Assembly (NCBI GenBank): GCA_944391785.1 | Contig: CALXUX010000107.1 | Coordinates: 1-48,267 of the forward strand | Origin: an uncultured Clostridia bacterium | Lineage (GTDB): Bacteria; Bacillota; Clostridia; TANB77; CAG-508 | Direction of reading: 5' to 3' | Length of the DNA stretch: 48,267 nt | In this document: positions 30,910-40,564 of the stretch, piece by piece | Position numbering within the stretch: position 1 is the first letter of the stretch | How the letters are laid out: each line of letters starts with the position of its first letter | Position numbers and translations under genes: made by a program | The notes under the pieces: generated by a model | The model's input: only the letters and a program-made list of their open reading frames with translations | What the model was told of the DNA's origin: nothing | Databases searched by the model: none

Positions 30910-31443
30910 CTAATTACCTGTTGCTGTCACAAAGCCTGCTGCACTTGCTGCAATTGTATATGTATTATTTCCTACTACAGTATAGAAAAAGTTCTTTAAT
31001 TGTTGTGACATTGTTAAATTAGTATTTCTTACACTAACTGACACAATATCTCCTTCTTTTAAATTATAATTTTTAGGTGTACCTGTATCTGGATCTATTA
31101 CATCTAAAATTTGTGATGTATAAACTGAGTAATATACATTTTCCCCTATTTTATCTCTTTCTGTTTGGCTTGTTTTCTTTCCAGGGTTTTCGTCTAATAT
31201 TTGTACTTCTATTTCAACATCATATGTATTTCCCGTTGAAGTTATATTTTGGATAAATGAATTATATTCATCTGGCGTTATTTTTCCAGTTGCCCTGATG
31301 GTATCTACAAATTCCGTTGTTGCGGTTTGCACAGTAAGTTCTGATACATCATCAGTTCTATCTGACATTGTCATTAGTGGAAAAACAAACATCAAAACTG
31401 CAGCTAATGCTATTGCTATTACTGTGATTAATGTGTCTCCCAT
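30910..31443 (-). CDS. pilin-like/minor pilin-like protein
   Basis: MGDTLITVIAIALAAVLMFVFPL N-terminal helix plus small globular domain; within the Tad-like locus. Confidence 0.6.
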   Translation of the reverse strand: MGDTLITVIAIALAAVLMFVFPLMTMSDRTDDVSELTVQTATTEFVDTIRATGKITPDEYNSFIQNITSTGNTYDVEIEVQILDENPGKKTSQTERDKIGENVYYSVYTSQILDVIDPDTGTPKNYNLKEGDIVSVSVRNTNLTMSQQLKNFFYTVVGNNTYTIAASAAGFVTATGN

Positions 31444-31472
31444 TTTTTCTTCCTCCTTCTATTTTTTTAAGA

Positions 31473-32093
31473 CTAATATATTACTTCATAAGTTATTATT
31501 CTTTTTTCTGTTTTCATAGATTCTGGTACATCTGCATTTTGTGTAGTAGTATAAACTCCTAAATATTCTTTTATTTCTGTTGCAGATTTTAATTGATTAT
31601 ATAAACTTGTTTGTGGTAATCTAATTACATTTCCATACCAATTATTAAAGTTTGTATCAGTCTTTCCATATAAAATTGCTTCTAAAAATGTTCTATTATT
31701 TTGGTTTGCATCTTGGCTTGGTCTAGGTTCTTTAGAAGTATCATCAGAATTTAATACATATCTATCCTCTACATCTTGTGGATTATTTGGATTTTTATAT
31801 TGATATAAAGGTTCTGTTAAACCTACAAAGACTATTCTATAATCTTCTCTATATACTCTATATATACTTGGAATTATTGTTTCTAAGCCAACTGTTCTTT
31901 CTGTTCCAGTCGTTTCATAATAAAAATCTCCATTTATATATTGTGTTTCTCTATCCCTAAAGTTTAAAATTGTATCTGATGCTTGTCTTGCTTGACTAAA
32001 TGATGTGATGCTAAGGGAAAGTGCTAAAACGAATATTAATACTGCACCTGCCATTTTTAAAGCATCTACTGCATTTTCCATTAGCATCATCAC
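31473..32093 (-). CDS. 'MENA' pilin-like protein
   Basis: MENAVDALKMAGAVLIFVLALSL; start could be at 32090 or 32081. Confidence 0.65.
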   Translation of the reverse strand: MMMLMENAVDALKMAGAVLIFVLALSLSITSFSQARQASDTILNFRDRETQYINGDFYYETTGTERTVGLETIIPSIYRVYREDYRIVFVGLTEPLYQYKNPNNPQDVEDRYVLNSDDTSKEPRPSQDANQNNRTFLEAILYGKTDTNFNNWYGNVIRLPQTSLYNQLKSATEIKEYLGVYTTTQNADVPESMKTEKRIITYEVIY

Positions 32094-32117
32094 CTTCCTT
32101 TGTTATTTTTTTATTTA

Positions 32118-32537
32118 TTATGTTCCATCATCCTCTTCATTTGTATCTTGAACTGTAATTTTATCTACTCTTCCACCTGCTCCATTATATGATAATTTTA
32201 CTGAATAAGTTTTATTATTTGAAATTGATGATGTTGATATATCTGTAGCTGTAGCTGTTGCTCCATTAATTCCAACTTTTACTGTATAACCATCATTTGA
32301 ATCTTTTTCTGCATTTACAGCTAAAACTTCTTGTATCATAGCTTTTACTAATGTTCCTTTTATATTTCCTTCATATTTTAAAAATTGGTTATTAAATGAT
32401 GTTACTGCTGCTTGGTCCATTCCACTGTCTGATACTGTGTCTTGTGCTTGGTTATATATCATTATACCTAATGAAATAAGCAATATTGCAAGTAATATAG
32501 CTCCTGCTATAATTAATGCTTTTGATGCATTTTCCAT
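32118..32537 (-). CDS. 'MENA' pilin-like protein (candidate major pilin, copy 2)
   Basis: MENASKALIIAGAILLAILLISLGIMIYNQA...FNNQFLKYEG; strong RBS AAAGGAGG. Confidence 0.7.
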   Translation of the reverse strand: MENASKALIIAGAILLAILLISLGIMIYNQAQDTVSDSGMDQAAVTSFNNQFLKYEGNIKGTLVKAMIQEVLAVNAEKDSNDGYTVKVGINGATATATDISTSSISNNKTYSVKLSYNGAGGRVDKITVQDTNEEDDGT

Positions 32538-32569
32538 TTTAATTCCTCCTTTTATTTAATCTTTTTTAT

Positions 32570-32986
32570 CTATGTAGTTTCGTCTGTTACATCTACTGAT
32601 GCACCTGAACTAGTTGTAAGAAGTATATTTTTTACTCTTCCACTTGCTGTATCATATTCTAATTCTACATTGTATGTATTTGTATTTGTGATATTACTTG
32701 TTATTGGTGAATCTTCACTATTTACTGTTACTTGAATATTATCATTATTTGCAGATTCAGCATTTGTTGCTAATACTTCTTGTATCATTGATTTTGCCAT
32801 TGTTCCTTTAATATCTCCTTCGTATTTTAAAAACTGGTTATTAAATGCTGTTACTGCTGCTTGGTCCATTCCACTGTCTGATACTGTATCTTGTGCTTGG
32901 TTATATATCATTATTCCTAGTGAAATAAGCAATATTGCAAGTAATATAGCTCCTGCTATAATTAATGCTTTTGATGCATTTTCCAT
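32570..32986 (-). CDS. 'MENA' pilin-like protein (candidate major pilin, copy 1)
   Basis: First about 60 aa nearly identical to 32118..32537; same RBS and leader. Confidence 0.7.
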   Translation of the reverse strand: MENASKALIIAGAILLAILLISLGIMIYNQAQDTVSDSGMDQAAVTAFNNQFLKYEGDIKGTMAKSMIQEVLATNAESANNDNIQVTVNSEDSPITSNITNTNTYNVELEYDTASGRVKNILLTTSSGASVDVTDETT

Positions 32987-33098
32987 TTTAATTCCTCCTT
33001 TGTTTAATTTTTTTATATATCTAATACTAAACTTTAGTCTAGTAATTTTAATATCTATTTAATTATTTTTTATAATAACACTTTTTTATAATTTTTTA

Positions 33099-33530
33099 TT
33101 ATTCTGTTATTTGCTCAAAATATAAGTAACTTACTCTTTTTGTTTTTTGATGATATTCTATTTTAGTACATTTAAATTTTATTTTACTATAATATTTCAT
33201 AAATTCTTCCATTCCTGATTTGTAAAGTGTTTCCATATTATATAAAGTGTCATTATCTGTTATTTGTATTTGTATGTTTATTGAATTTTCTTGGTTATTT
33301 ATAAAAAATCCTTCGGCATCTGTTTGTACGTTATTTTTCTTATTGCTATCTATTGCCATATTTATAATTGTTGTAAGGTCTAAACCATATATTTCTTTTT
33401 CATAATAATTTTCAAATTTTACATTTTGCATATTTATATTATTATAGTTTGCTTTATAATTGTAATAAGCATATATTATAATGCAAATAATAACTATAAA
33501 TAATATTATAATTGTAACAAATTTTTTCAT
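33099..33530 (-). CDS. pilin-like paralog lacking the MENA start
   Basis: MKKFVTIIILFIVIICIIIY helix; internal 'FENYYEKEIYGLDLTTIINMAID.N' and C-terminal 'Y..KTKRV..L.F' match neighbouring paralogs. Confidence 0.6.
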   Translation of the reverse strand: MKKFVTIIILFIVIICIIIYAYYNYKANYNNINMQNVKFENYYEKEIYGLDLTTIINMAIDSNKKNNVQTDAEGFFINNQENSINIQIQITDNDTLYNMETLYKSGMEEFMKYYSKIKFKCTKIEYHQKTKRVSYLYFEQITE

Positions 33531-33587
33531 GTTCTCTTCCTTTTTATTATAACATTTTGACATTTTTTTTGCAATACCAATTTTAGG

Positions 33588-34037
33588 TTAATTTACTGTT
33601 TGAAACCTTAAACTCTTTATCCTGCCTGATGTTTCTGAATAGTATTCTGGCGAACCACTTCTATATTTTTTAGATGTTTGATTGTTATTTTGTATTAAAG
33701 TGTCAAATTCTGTTTGTGCTTTATTATCAATTCTTATACCATCTAAATATATTGAAATTTCATATTCTGTATTATAAGTGTTTACATATTCATATTGGCT
33801 ATTATTTTGATTTGCCATATTCGCAACAGTTACTACATCATAAATTGTTAAATCCGATCTTTCGGCATATACAGTATATTGCGTGTTAAATTCTACTATT
33901 TGTTGCCTTTCATTTCTTTGGTTTATTTCTGCTGATGTAGTTCCAAATGAAGTAAATAAATATACTGCTAAAGATAAAATCATTATTCCAATTAAAATTC
34001 CTGCTGCCATTATGAGTGCATTTGATGCATTTTCCAT
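33588..34037 (-). CDS. 'MENA' pilin-like protein
   Basis: MENASNALIMAAGILIGIMILSL...FNTQYTVY...DVVTVAN...GRIKSLRF. Confidence 0.68.
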   Translation of the reverse strand: MENASNALIMAAGILIGIMILSLAVYLFTSFGTTSAEINQRNERQQIVEFNTQYTVYAERSDLTIYDVVTVANMANQNNSQYEYVNTYNTEYEISIYLDGIRIDNKAQTEFDTLIQNNNQTSKKYRSGSPEYYSETSGRIKSLRFQTVN

Positions 34038-34199
34038 ATAATTTCATTCCTTTCTAGGTTTACTAAAAAAAAGGAGATCTGTTAATTCTAAATTATATAC
34101 TTTTTATATTTTTATTATATATTTTTCTATATTTTTTATCATAAATTTATTTTATATTTCAAATCAGATATTTTACATTATTTTTTAAATTCATATTTT

Positions 34200-34886
34200 C
34201 TATTTATTAAAAATAAATTTCATATCCTTTATTTGTCCATTATCATAATAGCTTGGTTCTTGACTGCTTTTAAATACAGAAGATTTAAAAGTAGAGTATT
34301 CTCTATATTTTCGTATTATTGATAATATTTGATTTGTATTTGTAATTACACTTCCATTTGAAGATTTAAAATCTGTACCTATTATTTCTTGAACAGTTTT
34401 TCCTCCTGATGCAATAGTTTCATAATAAGATGATAATTGAAGCATAGAATTTAATGAGTTTTGTTCTTCATATCCTTGGTATTCTTTTATTATTTTATAA
34501 AGTTCACTATTTCTATTTTGTATAACATATGTTTTATTTGGATCAAAAACTTCTTGTGCTCCACCATTTTTATTAGTAAAACCATTTCCGAATGTTACTT
34601 GTAATTCAATTTTTAATGAATAATCAACTTCACCTAAACCTCCTGATTTTAAATTATAGTCAACTACTTTATTTATTAAAGATATTAAGTCTGTACCGTT
34701 TAAATCATTTCTTACATATCTTGTAAATTGCTCATTAAAGTCTGCCAATTGGCTAACTTCTTCTAAATCTGACTGATTTCTTTGATATGTTGATACTTGA
34801 TTAAACATTAAGAGTAATGCACCAAGTACTAACAATGCTATTAATATTCCACCTGCCATTAATAAAGCTTTTGAAGCATTTTCCAT
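34200..34886 (-). CDS. 'MENA' pilin-like protein
   Basis: MENASKALLMAGGILIALLVLG...FNEQFTRY...GTDLISLIN...GQIKDMKF. Confidence 0.68.
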   Translation of the reverse strand: MENASKALLMAGGILIALLVLGALLLMFNQVSTYQRNQSDLEEVSQLADFNEQFTRYVRNDLNGTDLISLINKVVDYNLKSGGLGEVDYSLKIELQVTFGNGFTNKNGGAQEVFDPNKTYVIQNRNSELYKIIKEYQGYEEQNSLNSMLQLSSYYETIASGGKTVQEIIGTDFKSSNGSVITNTNQILSIIRKYREYSTFKSSVFKSSQEPSYYDNGQIKDMKFIFNK

Positions 34887-34918
34887 AATACATTACCCTC
34901 TCTTTCTTTTTATAAAAG

Positions 34919-36997
34919 TTATAATGTGCTACTAGACATACTTGCAAATGAATCTGACATACTTGTTAAACCTATAAATACTAGAGGTATAATTAAGTAT
35001 CCTACAAATAAGCTTATCATTGGTGCAAAACCTATTGCTTTTCCTATCATACCTTTTCTTTTTATTAATCTTTCGTTTGATTCTTTTCTCTTTTCACGAT
35101 AATAATCTCTTTCTGAGTCTAATTCGTCAAATGCATCTTTTATAGGTATTTTTTCAACTGCCGCTTGCAGACTTTCTACTATTCTTATTAGTTGTTGATA
35201 TGCTATTTCATTTTTCATTTCTTCTAAAGCTTCCCATGCACCTGCTTCATAATTGTTAACACATTTGGTTATTGGCTCTTTGAATATGTTTGAGTATCTT
35301 TCAAGCCATTCTAAAATTATTTCAACATTTACCCTTTCAATTCTCATAAGCATTAATATTATTGTTTGGAATTGCATTACTTCGTCTTCCATTTCTAATT
35401 GCCTTATTATAACTTGGAAATGCAATACCGCAATTGGTGCCATATAACCTACTATTGCAAATACAAATGCAAGCAAAATTTCAAACCATTGCATATACTC
35501 ACTATTTACTATTTGCAATTTTTCATATATTCTTTCTGCTGCATCTTCTATTTCGTCTGGTGTAGATTCTTCGTAATATTCAGAATGTTCTAGTGCATTT
35601 TGTATGTCTTCTACAGTTGTATCTAAATTTCCTCTAAATCTATTTAAAAATTCATTATCTTGCAGTGTAACTTCCATTGCAAGTTCTCTGTCTTTTTCGT
35701 CCATACCACCTATTAGGTTATATTCTGTTGTCGGCTCTGTATAAACATAATCTATTGCAACATTATGCAGCTGAACAAATACAAGTAACGATATTACAAA
35801 AGCTAATATTGCATATACAATTCTGTTTACATATAGCCATTCAATTTTTAAATGTGATGCTGCTTTTTTTAGTAAATCTCTAATTTTTCTATAATCTTTT
35901 GTTCCATCTTTTGGTATAAATAAATCTACTATTTTTTTACATATTTTATTTTTGTATACTTTAGATTGCCATGGATTTTCTGTATTTTTAGTATTTATAT
36001 TTGTAGATCCATTATCTTTCAATTTTCTAACTAATATGTATGATATAAAAGTAATTATCAATATTAATAGCTGAACTATTAACCCTGGTTTTCCCATATA
36101 CCAACTTTCAACAAATGAAAAGTTTGATATTGCCCAATTTTTTATTGGCTCTAAAAGTACTATTGGGGCTATTGATATAAATGCTAAACTTTGAAATACA
36201 TAATTTAGTTTATCTCTTTTTAGTATTTCAAGTTGCATCTCTTGTGTTATATTATCAACATTTTTTAAATATAAAGATGCACCATCTACTTTTCTATCTC
36301 CAAATTCTTTTGTTAGATATGATATACCAGCAAACTCTTTTAAGAAACTATTTGGTGCTATATCATAGTATTTTTCAAGTTCTGTTTCTGGATCATCTGA
36401 TATTAATATTTCATAAATTTTTTCACCTTGTCTTGAGATATCTAACTCATCGTCTTGTGATACTTGGTATATTGCTTCTTCAACCATGTTGTATTCATGG
36501 TAAGCATGTCTTATTTCTGAGAAAAACTCTACTTGTTGTTTTAATAAGTTGTCATCTATTTTATCTACTGAGCTATCTATAAATGTGTCTATCATAAATA
36601 GTTCAAATATTAAAACTATAAACATTAATAATGTATTTGAATGTGTAATTATTATACTTATTAAAATTATTGGAATTAATATTGCAAGTGTCTTTGTTAA
36701 TATTTTAGAGGCTTCTTTTCTTGTTGTGTATTCATCATCTATATTTATAATTTCTAGACGTCTTCTTAATTTTAAAATATATCTTTTTAAGAAAGGTATT
36801 CTTATATATTTTACATATAATTTTTGATAAATTACTTCCATTGAAAAAGTTTTTTGCTTTGTTCCTCTTTGAAGCTTTTGAATTTGCTTGTAATCGGATT
36901 TTTGCATTCTTTTTCTTATTAAGTAATATGCAAGTATGATAAATAGAAAAGCTCCTCCTGCAATTCCCATTATCAAGTATATTGTTTCATTTGACAC
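34919..36997 (-). CDS. Tad/T2SS-F-like platform membrane protein, probable TadB-TadC fusion
   Basis: 692 aa with two TM-cytoplasmic-TM modules, directly downstream of the assembly ATPase. Confidence 0.65.
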   Translation of the reverse strand: MSNETIYLIMGIAGGAFLFIILAYYLIRKRMQKSDYKQIQKLQRGTKQKTFSMEVIYQKLYVKYIRIPFLKRYILKLRRRLEIINIDDEYTTRKEASKILTKTLAILIPIILISIIITHSNTLLMFIVLIFELFMIDTFIDSSVDKIDDNLLKQQVEFFSEIRHAYHEYNMVEEAIYQVSQDDELDISRQGEKIYEILISDDPETELEKYYDIAPNSFLKEFAGISYLTKEFGDRKVDGASLYLKNVDNITQEMQLEILKRDKLNYVFQSLAFISIAPIVLLEPIKNWAISNFSFVESWYMGKPGLIVQLLILIITFISYILVRKLKDNGSTNINTKNTENPWQSKVYKNKICKKIVDLFIPKDGTKDYRKIRDLLKKAASHLKIEWLYVNRIVYAILAFVISLLVFVQLHNVAIDYVYTEPTTEYNLIGGMDEKDRELAMEVTLQDNEFLNRFRGNLDTTVEDIQNALEHSEYYEESTPDEIEDAAERIYEKLQIVNSEYMQWFEILLAFVFAIVGYMAPIAVLHFQVIIRQLEMEDEVMQFQTIILMLMRIERVNVEIILEWLERYSNIFKEPITKCVNNYEAGAWEALEEMKNEIAYQQLIRIVESLQAAVEKIPIKDAFDELDSERDYYREKRKESNERLIKRKGMIGKAIGFAPMISLFVGYLIIPLVFIGLTSMSDSFASMSSSTL

Positions 36998-37026
36998 CTG
37001 TTTTCACCTCCAACTGGCTTTATGCT

Positions 37027-38985
37027 TTAAATTTTTTTAGGTTTTCTTCCTCTTTTTTTACTATTTGTTTCTGGCTCTGCTGAAACTGTTACTGTTTCCA
37101 ATTTTTTTCCCCAGTGTTTTTCTATGAATTTATCAAAATTTTCTGCATCTGTATCATCCATATTATTTCTCATATCTCTTATGTTTTCATCTGAGATTGG
37201 ATTTGTAATTACATATCTTCCGTCTATATATTCTAGTATATTTCTATATGTATATAATTCTTTATCTGTTGATTTTGTAAAGTAATGTGTTGCATTATCA
37301 AAAAATTTATCAAATTTTCCTTCTAATGTTTTTTCATTTCTATGATCAAAAGTATATTCATTTTTGTTTTCTACTGGTATACATTCTGTTATTCTTTCTA
37401 TATATCTTTTTCCTCTAAAGTCTTTTACTTGGTGAACATCAAAATTTAATACTTGCACAACTTGCTCTTCTGCTGTTTTTTCATCTGTGAATACACCTGT
37501 TCTTAGCATTGAGTTACGTAAAGCTGTGACTAAGTTTGGAAATGTTTTAGCATGGTGTGTAAATAATGTAAATTTAGATGCAACTTGGGCTGCTTGAATC
37601 ATCCAAGATGCAACTGGGTCTGTTGCAACCTCACCTATGATATTTACAGAACCATCTGTTTTCTTTTGAACATCTAGTCCTTCTTGTCCTGAAATTGTAT
37701 CTGTTTCACGGAATGTAAGTATATTTCTTGTTGGATATATTTTTCTTAAATGAAGCTCGAATGCAGTTTCTTGAACCCTTATATTCATTGTTTCATATAT
37801 ATTTTCTATCATTCCCATAAGTAAAGTTGTTTTACCTGAACCTTGCTCACCTGTAATTGCTGTGATTCTTGCTCCTTTTACTAAGAATTTTAATAGTTCT
37901 ATTGCATCTTCTTTTCCTGGGTCTCTTACTAATTGTTCTAATGTTGCACGTTTTACGTCAAATTTTCTTACGAAAAATGCCCATGTTTCTGAAAAGCTTG
38001 GTCTTACAACAACAACACGTGAACCATCTTTCATTTCATTGATTTTATAACCATTTGTATCTGACAACTGTCCTGGGTTATTATATTTATATATGTTTTG
38101 ACATACTCTTTTTAATTCTGCTTCTGTTCCGAATGATAAGAATGCTAAACGAATTGATTTACCTTGGAAAAATATCCAAATACTATCACATGCTCTTGGG
38201 ACTTTGTGTTCTGCAACCTGATTTAAGTAATCTCCTGATGCTGTTTGTGCAACTTGACTTAAAAAACTTTCTGGAAGACCAGAAACACCACCAGAAACAC
38301 CATCTATGTTCATATCTCTTACTTCATCAATAGTACTATATCCTTTATAGTGTTGATATATTCTTTGTACTACTACAGATAATTTGTCTGCAAATGATAA
38401 TTCTATATTTTCTGCTTCATATATGTCTTCAATTTCTTTTGATGTTATAACATATGAAGGTTTCGCTTCACCTTCTACATATTTTAATTCTGCTAAATTA
38501 TACTTCTTTATTAGCTCTGTTAATGCTTCATACCCAAAATCTTTTTTGTATGCATAAAGTAATATGTCAAATTTATCTTGGGCTGTAAGAAGTGATGGCA
38601 CATCAAAAGGTATTGCTTTTGAGATATTTGTTTCGTCTACTCCATATTCATTTGCAAGTAAATCATATATTAATTCTTGAACATATTTTTTATCATTAAC
38701 ATCTCCATATGTACAACCTTTTAAAGCTTTTTTTAGTTCATATTTCTTATTTTTTCTTCTTTTTAATTCCTCTTCTGACAAACCTATATCATATAAGTTT
38801 ACTTTTGTAATTTCGTCTAACCTTCTTTTAACAAATTCCTTCATTGTATCAAGAGTATAAGTTTTGTCATCTATGTTAACAGTTTTTTCTACTTCTTGAT
38901 TTTTTCTTTTTTTCAAGTAGTAATAAACTGCTAAAAATGCTACGACAACAACTATTAAAGTTAATAATATGTTTGTTATAGTCAT
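37027..38985 (-). CDS. CpaF/TadA-like pilus assembly ATPase with an N-terminal membrane anchor
   Basis: DGSRVVVVRP, FVRKF, Walker A GEQGSGKT, QETAFEL (Asp box), IIGEV (Walker B), FTHHA (His box). Confidence 0.85.
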   Translation of the reverse strand: MTITNILLTLIVVVVAFLAVYYYLKKRKNQEVEKTVNIDDKTYTLDTMKEFVKRRLDEITKVNLYDIGLSEEELKRRKNKKYELKKALKGCTYGDVNDKKYVQELIYDLLANEYGVDETNISKAIPFDVPSLLTAQDKFDILLYAYKKDFGYEALTELIKKYNLAELKYVEGEAKPSYVITSKEIEDIYEAENIELSFADKLSVVVQRIYQHYKGYSTIDEVRDMNIDGVSGGVSGLPESFLSQVAQTASGDYLNQVAEHKVPRACDSIWIFFQGKSIRLAFLSFGTEAELKRVCQNIYKYNNPGQLSDTNGYKINEMKDGSRVVVVRPSFSETWAFFVRKFDVKRATLEQLVRDPGKEDAIELLKFLVKGARITAITGEQGSGKTTLLMGMIENIYETMNIRVQETAFELHLRKIYPTRNILTFRETDTISGQEGLDVQKKTDGSVNIIGEVATDPVASWMIQAAQVASKFTLFTHHAKTFPNLVTALRNSMLRTGVFTDEKTAEEQVVQVLNFDVHQVKDFRGKRYIERITECIPVENKNEYTFDHRNEKTLEGKFDKFFDNATHYFTKSTDKELYTYRNILEYIDGRYVITNPISDENIRDMRNNMDDTDAENFDKFIEKHWGKKLETVTVSAEPETNSKKRGRKPKKI

Positions 38986-39000
38986 TATAAATTCTCCTTT

Positions 39001-39849
39001 CTATAGGCTTGCTTGTAACATTTGTAGTCTATATATTATATTTTCAGAGGCACGCTTTATTTCTTCTATAAAAAATGCATTTCTATCTTCTGGATCTATG
39101 GATTTTTTAAATTTTAAAAATAAATCTGGAACTTTTGCTTCTTCTGCAGCTTCGAAAAATAATGTATCGTATGGTATTGTCAATATTTGATTTTTTTCTT
39201 TTAAGTATCTTGTTATATTTTTTACATTGTATTTTGAGTATTTATCAAATCTTCCTATTAATAATAGTGTTTTAGGAGATTTTAAAATTGCATTTTCTTG
39301 CTGTTCTTTTTGATTTTTTAAATTGTCTATACTACTTAATCTTTGATTTAAACATACAACTATTACATCTGATTTATTTAATATTGCATTTTTTGTTTTT
39401 TGATCTATATTTTCGTCTAAATCAACAAATACTCTATCATAATATTGGTTTGCAATTGATATTATATCTGGATATGTTTCTTCTATTTCTATTCTTACAT
39501 TTTGCTGTGTTCCTAATAATACTTCTAATCTATCTTTGAAAACTATTCTTGTGTAGTTTGTAATAATTTCTGGTGATATTTTGTTGCTTTTTACTATTTT
39601 TGAAAGTCCTATTATTCCATTTTCTTGTTCTAATATATTTGTTGTATTTGGTCCGAAAATTCCAAAATTAAGTTTTGATTTTTTTCTTTCTTCCCAAAAG
39701 CATTTTTTTAGCCTGTCTTCTTTATTTGTAGTTGAAACAATTAAATTTTTTGCATTATGTTCTATAGACATGTATGTAACTATTGCAGCTAAGGATAATG
39801 TTTTTCCTGTTTCTTCTTTTTGATTATTAATAAAAGTTATTATTGCCAT
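39001..39849 (-). CDS. ParA/MinD-like (CpaE/TadZ-like) protein
   Basis: MAIITFIN...ETGKT, YDRVFVDL, SDVIVV, IPYD; ATG at 39849. Confidence 0.65.
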   Translation of the reverse strand: MAIITFINNQKEETGKTLSLAAIVTYMSIEHNAKNLIVSTTNKEDRLKKCFWEERKKSKLNFGIFGPNTTNILEQENGIIGLSKIVKSNKISPEIITNYTRIVFKDRLEVLLGTQQNVRIEIEETYPDIISIANQYYDRVFVDLDENIDQKTKNAILNKSDVIVVCLNQRLSSIDNLKNQKEQQENAILKSPKTLLLIGRFDKYSKYNVKNITRYLKEKNQILTIPYDTLFFEAAEEAKVPDLFLKFKKSIDPEDRNAFFIEEIKRASENIIYRLQMLQASL

Positions 39850-39850
39850 C

Positions 39851-40543
39851 TTACACTCCTCTTTCAATAGTTTTTATTATTCTTCTTACATTAGATTCAC
39901 TTGTATTTAATATGCCTAATATTATATATGTTAAACTATCTTTGTATTGAAGACTTAGCTTTTTAAATTTAATTTTTGAGACTCTTTGATTTTCATATAG
40001 TACTGATAAGTCACCATTTTCTATCGGAAAATATATTATATCTGGTTCCCAATTTACTTTATAATCTAATGATAAGAAATTTAAATAATCATCTTCTTCT
40101 TTTAAAGCTTCTTTTGCATATATTATTTTTGTTAATGTCATTGGCTCTTTTAAGTTACTTAAAATTTCTAATCCTTTTTTTAATGAATATAAATCAAATG
40201 ATGTTACAAAATATTTTTTTTCAGCTTTTGATATTTCAAATTCTTTTATTCCTTTCTCATTATCTATATCAATTAATATTATGTCATATGAAAAATCTTC
40301 TGATGTACCACCTAAGTAATTTTTTATTTCTTCTAAGTTTTTAAATCCTACTGCTACATCAATGTCTTCAAAATTTGTTATATATGAAGCTGTAGGATTT
40401 ATAACTGGTACGACATATTTTGCTTTTTGTGTAATTGTGGTATCTATCATTAAAACTCTTTTTCCCATTGTTGTTAAAATTTTAGATAAGTTTAATATTA
40501 AATCTGTTTTATCAAAAGCCCCTATAAATCCTACTTTTTCCAT
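39851..40543 (-). CDS. degenerate ParA/MinD-like P-loop protein
   Basis: VGFIGAFDKT (altered P-loop), GKRVLMID, YDIILID. Confidence 0.55.
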   Translation of the reverse strand: MEKVGFIGAFDKTDLILNLSKILTTMGKRVLMIDTTITQKAKYVVPVINPTASYITNFEDIDVAVGFKNLEEIKNYLGGTSEDFSYDIILIDIDNEKGIKEFEISKAEKKYFVTSFDLYSLKKGLEILSNLKEPMTLTKIIYAKEALKEEDDYLNFLSLDYKVNWEPDIIYFPIENGDLSVLYENQRVSKIKFKKLSLQYKDSLTYIILGILNTSESNVRRIIKTIERGV

Positions 40544-40564
40544 TTTTTCCCTTCCTTATCTATT

